The notes under the pieces: generated by a model
What the model was told of the DNA's origin: nothing
Databases searched by the model: none
What the model saw: only the letters and a program-made list of their open reading frames with translations
Translations under genes and position numbers: made by a program
Origin: Cyanophora paradoxa CCMP329
Lineage: Eukaryota > Plantae > Glaucophyta
DNA: 64,000 nucleotides
NCBI GenBank assembly: GCA_004431415.1
Contig: QPMI01000610.1
Coordinates: 306,074-370,073, forward strand
Direction: 5' to 3'
Shown here: piece after piece, positions 38,992 to 51,371 of the stretch
Numbering within the stretch: the first letter of the stretch is position 1
How the letters are laid out: each line of letters opens with the position of its first letter

Positions 38992-39769
38992 TGGCAGGCC
39001 ATGCATATGGCCATGGCCCAGTGGCCATGGCCAGAATGCGCGGGCATTTTCGCGGGAATTCGAATTCGCGCATGCATATGCATATATATGCGCATGCGCG
39101 CGGGCTATTTTGCGGAAATTCGTAGTAGATTTTGCTCGGGCTCTCATTTGTGCCAGTCTTCCACTTGAAATCAGGCATGCGCTTCAGCGAGAATGTCTCT
39201 CTCGAATTCGCGCGCTCGTCGACTTCTTCGAAGATCGCTGTCTGCATCCACAGCTGCATCTGGAGCACCGCTTCTACGATGTCGGGTAGCTGCTCCTTCA
39301 GTTTCGACGAGCGGATACCCCTGATCTCTTCGCCAACCTTTACGCGCACGAGACCATCGCTAACGCTCTCGTTCCCGCCCGCGTTCGACGTCATCTCGCG
39401 CTGCGCGATGCTCCACGTGCGCGTGTACCCTCCCCCGCATATATGACAGCCTGGCGCACTGCTCGAATGAGGTGCGCAGCGACCGCCCAGCCTTTGCGTG
39501 CAGTGCTTGCGCATCTAGATGGTCAAATAAACGCGCTCAGAACGCGCCTCGTCTACGGCCATAGCCTGTTTCTGGACCTATATACATCTGGAACATACAG
39601 TCTGAAGAGTTTCCGGCCTGTAGGACCCCTGTTACACGCGCATGCATATATGCGCATCCGCGCGCATCATGATCATCTAGGCACGGATCCGGATCCGGAC
39701 CGCATGCGCATTCGCATGCGCATGTATACGTACGTATACATATACGTATATATATGTACCCCAGCAACG

Positions 39770-40858
39770 ATGCCGACGTGCGCTAGCAGCGACCTCGAGA
39801 TCGAAATCGTGGCGCTCTTGCGCTCCGTGCACCCAGACGGGAGCGATGCGGACGCCTGCATGCGACTCGCGGCGCGGTTTTCAGACGAGAGTGCGAATTC
39901 GCGCGCCCCCGCCCAGCCCATGGCCACGGGCAGATTCTGTACATGTGCAGGACATTACGAGGATGCCGAGCGGGTCCTCTTGAAGGCGGCAGCCGCCACC
40001 CCGGAGGAGCTTCAGGCGCGCATGCGCGCGGATGCATTCGGCTTCGAATTCTTTAGATTTTCGAATTCCGCGAAACCTTAGCTTCTCTCGGGATCGCCGT
40101 GTCGTAGGGCTGCATCGCGTACAACAGGGCCGCGATCTGCGCAAGACGCGCCGAGCTTGAGCTCGAGCTCGATCGCGAGGCCACCGGTGCGCATGCGCAG
40201 CGCATGCGCATGCGCATGCAAATAGTTTTGCCGCCCGGCGGCCCGGCAATTAGCGTGCCACGCCTTGAAGTTCAATTTTCGCGATATCGATTGCAATTGG
40301 AATCGATTCGAATATTAATTCTGGTTTTTGCGACATCGCGCAGGCGATCGCGACGTCGACGCGTACGGCGACGCGGGCGAGGCGCGGGCCGTCGGGGCGG
40401 CGCTGCTGATGGAAGCGCACCGGCGGGGCTTCCCCGTGCCGCCGGCGGCCTTCAAGGCGCTGCGGGCGGCGCCCCCGGCGGCGCCCCTCACGCCGGCGTC
40501 GCCGGCCGGCTCGGTGGCGAGCGGGGCGGGCGAGCACCACCACCACGACGAGGCCGAGTACGCGCAGGCGATTGCAGAGGAGGCCGCCGAGCGCGCCGCC
40601 GCCCTCGCCGGCGGGGCCCCCGTTCCGGCCGGGGCCCCCCGCGCGCCGGCGCCGGGGTCCGATCGCGAGTTCCTCTCGCCGACCGCCGGCGGCGGCCATG
40701 GCGCCCGCTACTTCCTCCGCAGCTCCTGCCCCGTCTGCCGCCGTCGCGCGCGCAGGGGGACTTCGAAGCTCCCCTCGAGCTTCGCCCCCGCCCCCGCCCC
40801 CGCGGCGGCCGGCGCCGGCGCCCCTGCAGCTGCAGCTGGCCTGGAATATTATAATTAA
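39770..40858 (+). pseudogene. Degenerate gene fragments (TPR-like helices, CPVC motif)
   Basis: Coding-like patches (YEDAERVLLKAAAA, CIAYNRAAICARRA, ARYFLRSSCPVCR) separated by palindrome-saturated DNA. Confidence 0.3.
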
Positions 40859-41685
40859 TCTCAGGCGCAATTGCAAGCCCTTCGAGCTCTGCAGTTAACG
40901 TTGTGCTTTAGGTTCTAATTTCATTTGTCCCTAATCATGAATTCGAAAGGAACCGAAGTCGAGGCGTGTATACATTGATTTAGCGTCTCTAAGCCACGGG
41001 CATTCAATTAATTATGTGTACGCAGGCCCCTGCATTTGGTCAACGTTCAACGGTTGACGTTTAGATTCGAATTCTAGATCTTTCATGGTCAAGTTTGAAG
41101 TTCGGCCCAGCTGCAGCTGTAGTGGACTCGAATACTAATCGATGATTTATACAAATAGATAGCCTTCTCATTGTCGCCCAGCGTTGACCACAGATGTACT
41201 GCTAGTTCGCGGTTCAAGGGTAGCGGCTAGCGAACATCACCTGTCACGAACATCTAGATCTGGAAATAAGTACCTCAAAAATGACTGAAACGCCACCGTG
41301 GCGATCGCTATGCAAGCAAAAAAATGGCGCGGCGTCGACACTGAGACAAGTATCGACAATATTCCTAATATCGAAAATAAAGAGAAAGGGCTGCTTTGGG
41401 CGGGTTTGCCCTGGAACAAAATTGGGAGAGCCGAAAGCTACGTGTGGGAGTCCACTGACGCGGCTCAACTCAATAAGAAGCACACAATATATAATTACTT
41501 CTGAAGCACATCTTACGTTTGCAATCTACTCTCTCAAAACATCTCAAAAAGCCAAACCAGAAACCTGTGTGTCTTGAATATCGAGGGTATCGAGTCCCGA
41601 CTGACGAGTCAAGATCACAACGCAGACGGTGCCTTCCTGCTGCCTGCCTGACTCCTTGAGCCCCGCCTTGGACGTTGCGGGGGCC

Positions 41686-44600
41686 TCACTTGTCGGGGCG
41701 GCGCCAGGGGGTCCACCTCTCGAGGGCGGCGAGCAGGTCCTGCAGCTTGACCGGCTTCGTCAGCACCTGCGCGGGCGGCGCGGGGTGCACGATCATGAGC
41801 ACCGGCCGCGAGCGGCGGGGGCGAGGAGGCGGGGGCGGGGCCGGGTGCGGGGGTACCTGGTCCATGCCGGCGTCCTTGCACTGCTGGTCCTCCCCGAGGA
41901 TGGAGTTGGCGGTGAGGGCGACGATGGAGGAGCGCCCGCGCCCCGGCCGCCGCGCCTCGTCCTCCCGGATCCGCTGCGTGGCGCCCAGCCCGTCCAGCCG
42001 CGGCATTTGGCTGCGCGCCCCCGCTCAGCGTGGAGCCAGCGTGGGGGGGCGGGGCGGCCGGGCAGCGCGGGCCGCACATGTCCATGAGGATGAAGGGGTA
42101 GGGGGCGGCGCGCTGGGAGGCCTTCTCGACGGCCTCGAGGCCGTCGTTGGCGAGCTCGCTCGCCACCCCCGCCTTCTTCAGCAGCGAGGCCACCACCTGC
42201 GCACCCGCCCCGCGCGTCGGAGGAGGCTGAGAGGGCCGGGACGAGGGGGCGGGGAGCCGCGCCCTCCGCTCTAGCACGCGAGAAGGGGCGATAGATAGGA
42301 AGTGCAGGGCAGTCGAGGCTTGGCCCTTTAATGGACCCCCGGGGCTTGCTTGGCGCTTTGATGGGCACCTTTTGGTTCATGGGGACGTCGTCGACGATGA
42401 GGACGACGAATCCCTCCAGCGAGGCCGAGGAGGGCGCCGGGGCCGCCGCCGCAGGGGCCGCCGGGGCCCCGGCCGGCTCCGTCTCCCTCTCCTTCGGGGG
42501 CGCGGGGGCCGCCTCCTCGCCCTTCGGCGCGGCGGGGGCGGGGGGCGGGAGGGCCGGCCGCGCGGCCGGCGCGCCCGGCAGGGAGGCGGCGCTCTGCAGG
42601 GCGAGGACTCCGGGGAGGAGGGACGGCGCCCGGGAGGGCCGCCCGCTCCAGCTGCGGGGTCGGGCGGGGCCGGGCTGGGAGGCGCGGCGGGCCCCGCGGC
42701 GGCGCCCTCGACGGCGGCCTCGAGCAGCGTCGTGGGCCGCGGGAGCTGCGCCGCGGAGCGCGGGGCCGCCGGGCGGGCCGTCAAGGAGCGGACGGTGTCG
42801 GCCTCGTCGCCCTCGGCGGTCGACGTGAGGGGGCGGGCGGGAGGGCCAGCCCGCCCTCGAAGGCCGCGCTGTCCGACGCGCGCCGCGCCAGCGGCGGGCC
42901 CGCCGGCGCCGGCGCCGCCGACGGCGGCAGCGCCAGGGGCGCCAGGGACGGGGCGGAGGCCGGCGGGGCGGGCGACGGGGTGGCCGCCCCCCTGTGGACG
43001 CCGGCGGCGGCCGCCGCGCCGGTGCCGGCGCCGACGCCAGCAGCGGCGTGGGCGGGCGGGGGCCGGGGAGCTGAACTTGGAGTAGAAGGAGGCGCCCGAG
43101 GGATGCCCCGGATCGACGACGGGTTCTCCCCCGACATCCCCGCCATCCCCGGCGAGGGCGGCGCGGGGCCCCGAGGCGGCCGCCGCGGCAGCAGCGGCGG
43201 CGGCGGCGGCGGGGCCGGCGGCGAGGGCGGCGAGGGCGGCGGAGAGGCGGGCGAGGCGGACGGGCTTGAGGAGGACGGCGACGGCGGCGCCCAGGGCGTG
43301 GGGCACCTCGGCGCCCTTGCGGCTCTTGGCGACGAGGAGGACGCGCAGCTTCGCGAAGCGGCGGTCCGAGGCGAGGCGCCGCGCCAGCACGACCCCCTGG
43401 CCCGACTGCGGCAACACCGACGCGATCGCCCCGGCCCCCGGGGGCGGCAGCGGGGGCGGGGAGAAGAGGGAGGCGACGCCGGGCGGCGTGGGCGAGAGGT
43501 CCTCGTCAATGACGACGAGGGCGGGGAGCGAGGCGGGGAGGCACGCCTCGAGGCGCCCCCACGCCGAGACGCACTCGAGGACGACCTCCTTCTCGACGTC
43601 CGCCCACGCCGTGGGGAGCGAGAGGTCCGCCTTCAGCACCTCCGCGATCGCCGGGTTCGAGTGGCAGATCAGCAGCCGCACGCCGCCGCCGCCAACACCG
43701 CCGCTGCCGGGGCTGGCGGCCGAGGCGGGGGCCGGGAGCAGCATGGTGGACATGGACATGGGGGGCGTGTTCGCGCGGGAGCCCCGGCGGATCATCGAGG
43801 GCGAGCCGCCGCCGCCCCCCTTGGTCACTGGCGGCGCGAGTACCAGCACGCTGCGGCGCCCCGGCGCGCGCGTCGGCGGGGGCGGAGAGGAGGGGCGGGG
43901 GCGGGGCGGGCGGGGGCGGGGCGCACGCGGTCCAGATGAAGGTGCTCCCTTGCCCGGGGAGGCTCTCGACGGTGATGGTGCCCCCCATGAGGTTCACCAG
44001 CTGCTTGCAGATCGAGAGGCCCATGCCCGTGCCCCCGAAGCGCCGCCTGCCGCCGCGTGAGAGAGCGGAGGGGAGGCGGGGTCGGGGGCGGGAAGGGGCG
44101 GACTCGATGGAGGGGTTGGCCTGCGTGAAGTCGGTGAAGAGGCGCTGGAGGGCCTCCTCCTCGATCCCGATGCCCGAGTCGCGCACGGCGAAGCGGAAGG
44201 CGAGGGCGCCCGGCGGGGCGGCGGCGCCCCCGGGGCCCACCACGTCCAGCGAGGCCACCACCTGAGATGAGGGAAAGGGGGAGGTTTTAGGGTGGAGGGG
44301 GTAGCCGCGGAGAGCACGCATGTAGGCGAAAAGCGCGCCTCGCCGGCCTCGGTGAACTTGATCGCGTTGGAGAGGACGTTGTAGAGCACCTGCCGCTGCG
44401 CGCCCGGCCCGGGCTCGAACGCGCGCCCCGCGCTGGAGCGGAGGGGGCGGGGGTGGGGGCGGACCAGGCGGGTGGGGTCGCCGAGGACGCGCCCGACGCG
44501 GTCGACGGCCGGGGAGACGACGCTGGCGATCTCGATGCCCTTGCGGTAGGCCTGGCGGGGGCGGCGGGGCGCGTGAGGGGCCGGCGCCGGCGCACGCCGC

Positions 44601-45000
44601 CGCCGCGGGGAGGGAGGGGACCTGGGGGGCGAGGGAGTCGACGACGTCGTCGACGAGGTCGCGCAGGAGCAGCGGCGCCGCCTCCAGCACCACCTGCCGG
44701 GGCGAGGCGGAGGCGGGGGAGGCGTCGCTCAGCCAAGGGGCGGCGGCTCGCTCAGGCGTCGGGTCGGGCGGCGGGACGGGCGGACCTTGCCGGCCTCGAT
44801 CTTGGAGAGGTCGAGGAGCTGCGAGACGATCGCCAGCAGCTGATCCGAGCACGAGGCGATCGAGCGGAGCCAGTCCTTCTGCTCGCCGCACGCCCGGGGT
44901 CAGTCGGGTGCGGCTCGCCGGCGCGGAGGAGCGGCCTGCGGGGCCTGCGGACCTGCTCGCCGACGAGCTGGGAGTCCTCGAGGAGCTGGATGAAGCCCAG

Positions 45001-45032
<32 letters not shown>

Positions 45033-48000
45033 AGATGTATGAGAGGAATCGCGACTTCGCCGCGTTCGCCGCCTCCACCTGCGCGCGCCCCGCTGCCGGC
45101 GTCAGGCGGCGAACCCTTTGGAAGAGCCGCTCGGGGCGGCGGGCGGGCCTGGATGATGCGGCGCTTCTCGGTGATGTCCTGCCCGATGCAGAGGACCCCG
45201 ACGACCTCCCCGTCCATCGAGCGCCGGATCGACGCGTTCATCATCAGCCGCACCTGCGCCCCGCTCGCTCAGCGGCGAGCATGCGGGGCGCCGTCTCATG
45301 AAGACGGCGGCACCTGGCGGCGGGGCCCGCCGCCGGCCCCGCTCTCCGCTGGCACCAGGCTGAACTCGAAGTTGGACTGCTCCGCGCCCTGCGCGCCCCA
45401 GCGGCGCTCAGCGACGCCCCGCCGCGCTGGATGCTGCTTCCCTGGGCGGAGGGGCCTGGACTGGCTCGAGGCGGGGGGCGGGGGCGCACGTGGAGGGCGT
45501 CCTCGAGGATGCGCTCGAGCATCGGCCGCTCCTCGTCGTCCACGAGGGCGACGAGCTGCCGCCCCACCACCTCCTCGTTCTCGTACCCGCTCAGCTCCTC
45601 CATCTTCTTGTTCCAGTCCGCGACGCGGCCGGCCATGTCGACGGCGAGGATGGGGGCGTTGGCGGTGTCGATGAGGCGGGCGAGGTCGGCGGCGACGGCG
45701 CGGGAGCGGGCCTCCTCGACGCGGACGCGCTCGAGCAGCCGGTTCCGCTCCGTGATGTCCCGCACGACGAGCACCTGCAGCGTCCCCCGCGCCGTGTGCG
45801 CCTGCCCCACCGAGATCTCCACGGGGAAGTGGAAGCCCTGCGTCGCCCCGCCCACGAAGCGCGCCGCCAGGAACTCCCCGGTCCCGGGCGAGGCGCTCCC
45901 CTGGATGGCGCGCAGGGCGGCGGCGCGCCCGCCGAAGGCCGCCCACTCGTCGCGCTCGCGGTTGAGGACGGCGAGGTCCTTGTAGTTGGTGTTGCGGCGC
46001 TCCTCGGCCGCCGTCGCCGCCGCGAGGTGCAGCGCGAGGAAGTCGGCGAAGCGGGCGCGGTCGGCGGGGGCGATGAGGGAGATGGCGTGAGTGGGGTCGG
46101 CGCCGAGGTCCTGGTGGGAGAAGCGGTCCTGGGTGAGGCCGAAGAGGACCTTGGCGGGCGGGTTGAACTCGGTGATGCGGTGCATGGTGTCCACGACGAC
46201 GACGGCGTCGCGCATGGCCGAGACGATGGCCTGCGCCCGCTGCATCTTGCCGAGCGCCGCGCCCACCGAGTCGATCTCGCGCAGGATGGAGCGCACGCGG
46301 GAGACGCGGCGAGGGGAGCGCCGCCCCGACTCGTCGACGGAGACGAACTCGCCCGAGGCGGGGCGGGGGAAGGTGGGCGCCCACGAGGGCCGGTGCGGGA
46401 CGACGCGGATGTAGTTGGCCGAGGAGGAGCGGCGGTCGACGTGCGGCGCGTGCGTGAGGCGCAGCAGCTCGAACGAGCCGCAGTCGTCGATCTCCTCCTT
46501 GAGCGCCTTCATCGAGCGCACCAGCTCCCCGAAGGAGCAGCCGGCGATGATCAGCACGAGCGCCGCCGACCCCGCCACCACCCCCGCCACCACCGTGATC
46601 AGCACCCGCGCCCGCCCCGCCACCGGGCCCCCCTCCGCCCCAACCACGACCCGCGCCGCGAACGCCTCCGCGCCCCCCGCGCAGGCCGCCCCGAGCGGCG
46701 CGTCCCTGCGGCCCCCCGCGCCCGTCAGCGGGGCGGACGGGGCCGGCGCGAAGCGGGGCGGGCGGCGCACGAGGCGAGGAGGAAGGCGCCGGCGGCGGTG
46801 GAGAAGGAGGCGCGGCGGGCCGGCGCCGCCCCGCAGCCCGGCGCCGCCGCCTGCGCCGACAGCAGCGCCGCGACCGGCTCTGGGGCCGAGGCGGCGGCCG
46901 CGGCCGGCAGGGGCGCCAGGGAGGCGGCCAGGAGCGAGCGGCCGCCGGCCGGCGCGGGCGGCGCGGCGCCGGCGTGCGAGGCGGCGAGCACGTCGGAGGA
47001 GGGCCGGCGACCACCGCCGCGACGCCTGAGGCGGAGGGTCAGGGGCGGCGGCGGTGCGCTCGTCGCGAAGCGCGCACCGGCGGGGTCGGCGGCGACGCTG
47101 GCGAGGGCCGCGGAGAGGAGCGCGGGGCCCACGCCGACGAAGGCGGCCGCGGGGGAGGCGGCGGCAGGGACCGGCGCGGCGTAGAGGATTCCCCAGCGGG
47201 CGCTGCGCGGGGGCGGGCGGGCGGCGTCGGTTCGGCTCGGGGCGGGGCTGTGCGGGGCTCGCGGGCGGGCGGAGCGCACGCGGAGGGGTCATCGAAGCGG
47301 GCCCACCCGCGGGCCGAGGCCGCGGCGAGCGCCGCCAGCGCCCTGCGGCGTAGGCGTCAGCGGCGCCGGCGAGGCGAAGCGAGGCGAGCTGCGCTACACG
47401 AGCGACAAGGGCGGGGCGGGCGCACGGGCGGGCGGCGTCGGCGGGGGCGTCGGCGAGGGCGGGGGCGGGGCGGGGCCGGAGGCGGGGCGGGCGTAGGTGG
47501 AGAGGCGGGGCGGGGAGCCCGAGAGGACCTCGAGGAGGGCGGAGCCGGCCTCGCCGCGGGCGGCCGCCGCGTAGGCGCCCTCGGGCCCCAGCGCGAGCCC
47601 ACCACGGGCAGGCTCGGGAAGGCCGCCAGCGCGCTGCCGCACCCTCCGCGTCGGCCGCCCGGCGCGCGCGCGGGCGGGCGGCGCGAGGACGGGGGCGCAC
47701 TTGTGGAGCAGCAGGGCGACGCGGGCGTCGGAGGGCTGCGGGGGCGAGCCCAGCGCCGCGGCTTCCCTCTGCGCGCGGGGCTCAGGCCTCGGGGGCGGCC
47801 GCAGAGGAGAGGGGCCGCACCGCGAGGAAATCGGCGGCGGAGCGGGCGAGGGCCAGCTCGGAGTCGACCGCCTCTGTGGGCGGGGAAGGCGAGGGCAGTC
47901 GGCGGGCGGCGCGCCGGCTCGCGGTGGCGGGTGCGCACGGGCGGCGCGGGCGAGCTGGGCGGAGAGGACGCGCTGCGCCGACTCGCCCTCGAGGGCCGAC

Positions 48001-48850
48001 GCCGCGAGCCACACGTACAGCGCCACCGCCTGCGCCGCCCGCCCCCGCCGCGTCGGGCGCCCCGCGCCGCGCCGGTCGGGATCGCAAGGGCGGGACGCAC
48101 GATGGCCCCGGCGCAGAGGAGGAAGACGACGAGGGGGAAGAGGACGGCGCCGCCGCGGAAGCGGACGCGCTTGGTGATCCAGCGGCGCGCGTCGTAGCCG
48201 AGGTCGTCGATCTTGCAGCGGAGCCAGGTCCACATCTCGCCGAGGCTGTGCGCCCCGCGCCGCGGCGGCGCGATGATCGTGACGCGCTCGTCTAACTCGG
48301 AAGCGCCACGCGGCGGGAAGGCCGGCACGGAGATAGGCCGGGGCGGGGCGGTGGCGGTCACGTTTGGCGTGCCGCCCACGCTGACCACGACCGTGTAATC
48401 CTGGCCCGGCTCGCGGTGCCCGCTGCTCCCGCTGCTCTGCCCGTCCGCCTCCTTCACCTCCGCCTCCTGGTTCGCCGGCGAGCCGCCCGCCAGGCGCGTC
48501 TGCGAGCTGGGCCCCGAGCGGCGGCTGAGGGAGCTCGCCCAGCCGGCGCCCGTCATGGAGGCGGTCGCCAGGCGCGCATCCTCGGCCTGCCCAAGGACGC
48601 TTGGCGAGCTGCGGGCGCGGCGGGAGGGCGCGGCGCGCACCGTGGAAAAGGCACGGCTGAGGAAGCGGAACGATCGTGACGGGGGCCCGGTGCCAGCGCT
48701 GTCGGGCAACGCGCCCGGGAGCAGCTGGAGATCTTCGGGGTTGGGCGATTGGCGACCGAGACCGCCACCGAGTGACGCTAGCTCCCGCATCGTCCTGGGT
48801 GTTTGCCCAGCCGCGGGGGACGCCCGCCCGGAATGAACTGCCGACTCCAT
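41686..48850 (-). CDS. Membrane-bound hybrid sensor histidine kinase (TM-sensor-TM, PAS x2, HisKA, HATPase, two receiver domains)
   Basis: [22 protein letters not shown] (H box), [20 protein letters not shown] (N box), VRDSGIGI (G1), [20 protein letters not shown] (G2). PAS: [32 protein letters not shown]: [26 protein letters not shown]. Confidence 0.93.
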
Positions 48851-49585
48851 GATACTGGGGCCGTCCGGCGGACTAGGGTCAGGCCGGCCGGTTCGGTTGT
48901 TGATTGGAGGGCGCCTTGTCGGCGTGTCGCAATGAGGCTGAATCAGCACAATAGCCTGTCACCGCGCATCCGTGTCCCCGGTGCGCCGACCATTCGCCGT
49001 GGCCGTGACTGCGCGGAGCTGTCGGCGAGCTGTCGTGCTGCGCCTTGGGGTCTCTGTTGGTTGGGTGAATGTTGCTACGATTCTAAAAGGCTGCTACGAT
49101 GCCGCCCGGCAATCAGCCGGTGCACACGAGCTCCGACGCGCGAAGGGCGGGCTTGCTTGGAATGCTTAGCAAAAACGTTCTGTGCAAGTGCTAGCTCGCT
49201 AGGCGGCTATCGCCGAAGGGCGCCGCAGACGGAAGATGCAAGCTTGCGAACTGTCCAGGAGCAGCCAAGTCGAGGATCTGTGTATCCCCCCAGCAAAGCT
49301 TCCCCCAGCAGGGGTCCCTCGAGCAGGGGACGCTAGCGGTTCTGAGAGGAAGTCGGCTCAGATAAAATTCCGAAAGCGGCAACGGGAGCCTGGTCTACGG
49401 GCGGCAACGGGCTCATCGGTGCCTCGTCCTGAGACATTGGTGCCTCGCGAGCACGACACCAACGCCGCACGTCCGACCTGGCGGCGCAGGCTCTTGCACA
49501 GTAGCAGCGCAGACATCGCACCCTGACGACCTCCGGCGGAGAGAGCGCGGCGGAGTCGCCGGCCGCGTCATCGCCGCCGGACGCG

Positions 49586-51015
49586 ATGGAGGAGGAGGCC
49601 TCGAGAGCGTCCCAGGCGCTCGTGCGTCTGACGTCCTTGCTGTCCTCCCCGGCGCTCGGTCTGGGTGACGAGGAACAGCGCCGGACGATGGCGGTGGGTA
49701 AACGGTCAAGCTTCCTCTGCCTCGCCTGACGCCCGTCCAGATCCACCTCGTCGCGGGCGCGTCGGCGAGGATCACGTCTGTCACCCTTATGTACCCTGTG
49801 GACTGCATCAAGACGCGGCTGCAGGTCGACCCGACGCGCTACGGTGCGCCGCTGCGCCCCAGTTCGGCTCCGTCCGTGCTGAAGGCGGCGGGGCAGCGAA
49901 CCCCGTGGAAGCCTTCCGCAAGATCGTGGCGGCGGAGGGCGTGGCGGCTCTGTACAAGGGCATCCCCGCGCGCATGCTCTGTCAGCTCCGCCCCGGTCAC
50001 AGACGTTGCTGGCATGCTCTGACAGAGTGACAGACGTCGCCCCGGCCGCCGCCGTCAGCTTTGCCGTCTACGAGGAGGTGAAGAGCGCGCTGCGGCCGCG
50101 CGAGGGCCACGCCCACTGGCTCTCCCCGCTCGTGCCCCTCGCCGCCGGCTTCGCGGCCCGCGTCTTCGGGACCGCCACCCGCACCCCCTTCGACGTCGTC
50201 AAGCAGCGGTCCGCCCCCGCGGCCCGCGCCCGCGTCCGCCGCCCGCTCCCCCTCCTCACCGCCCGCGCTGTGCAGGCTGCAGGTCCAGGGCAGCTCGGCC
50301 GGCGTGTACAAGGGTACGGTCGACGCCTTCCGGACCATCGCCCGCAGCGAGGGCCTCCGCGGCATGTTCGCCGGTACCTACTCCCCTTCTTCCGTCGTCC
50401 GTCCCTCCCCACCTGACGTCTCCCGCAGGGTACGGGGTGACGCTGCTGCGGGACGCGCCGGTGCGGCGTGGCCCCCTCCTGCGGCTCCTCCAGCCCCTCA
50501 CGCCCGGACAGTTCGCGATGATCTACTTCACCTCGTACGAGCTCTTCAAGCGGGCGCAGGGCGGGCTCCGCGCCGCCCCCGCGGACGCCCCCGCCGGGCG
50601 GGCGGCCTCGGACCCCGAGCTGGGCACGGGGAACTTTTTGCTGGCGGGGGCGGCCGCCGGCGTGCTCGCCTCCACCTGCACCTCCCCCCTCGACGTCATC
50701 AAGACCCGGTACCCCCGCTTCCAGCTCCCCTCGCCCTCCTCGCCCTCACGCGCGGGGGCAGGCTGCAGACGCAGGGGATGCGGCAGGGCGGGCGGCAGTA
50801 CGCGGGGCTGAAGGATGCGGTCGCAACGATCTGGCGGGAGGAGGGCGCGCGCGGCTTCACCCGCGGCTTGGCCGCCCGCTACCTGTGTGAGCAACTTGAC
50901 CACCCAACCACCTCTGCGTGCGCCGGCTAAAGTGCAGAGAACAGATATCGCGCCGGCGGCCTCCATCACATTCACAGCGTACGAGAACTACAAGCGCCTT
51001 CTGGAGGGCCTGTAG
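49586..51015 (+). CDS. Mitochondrial carrier family (SLC25) protein, SAM-carrier/mitoferrin-like
   Basis: Three PxDxxKxR signatures (YPVDCIKTRLQ, TPFDVVKQRLQ, SPLDVIKTRLQ), EGxxGxxxG motifs and LLRDAPFAMIYF. Confidence 0.93.
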
Positions 51016-51371
51016 CCGCGGCGGGCCGGCCCCGGCGGCTTTTTCATTCTCCGCTTCGTTCCCTTTCTGTTTCGTGCGTGCAGCAGCAGACATTTGTAGC
51101 TTTAGGTAGACTCTGCTCTTCTCCTCGCCGGGAGCTCCTCGCAGCGCTTTTCTTTCAACTTATGACCAGTGCCCGCGCGCCTCCGCGCGCGCCCCACAGT
51201 CGCGTCTGCATGCGCGGCCCCCCGGCGGGAAGCCGGGCGGGCGTTTCAATAGTCGCAATTCGGCAGTGTCCATGTTTTCTTTTCACCTCGTGTTTCTTTC
51301 AGATCCTCGTGACTTGAGCATCGCGCCCTCGCCCTCGCCCTCGCCCTCGCCCTCGCCGGCGGCCGCGGGGG

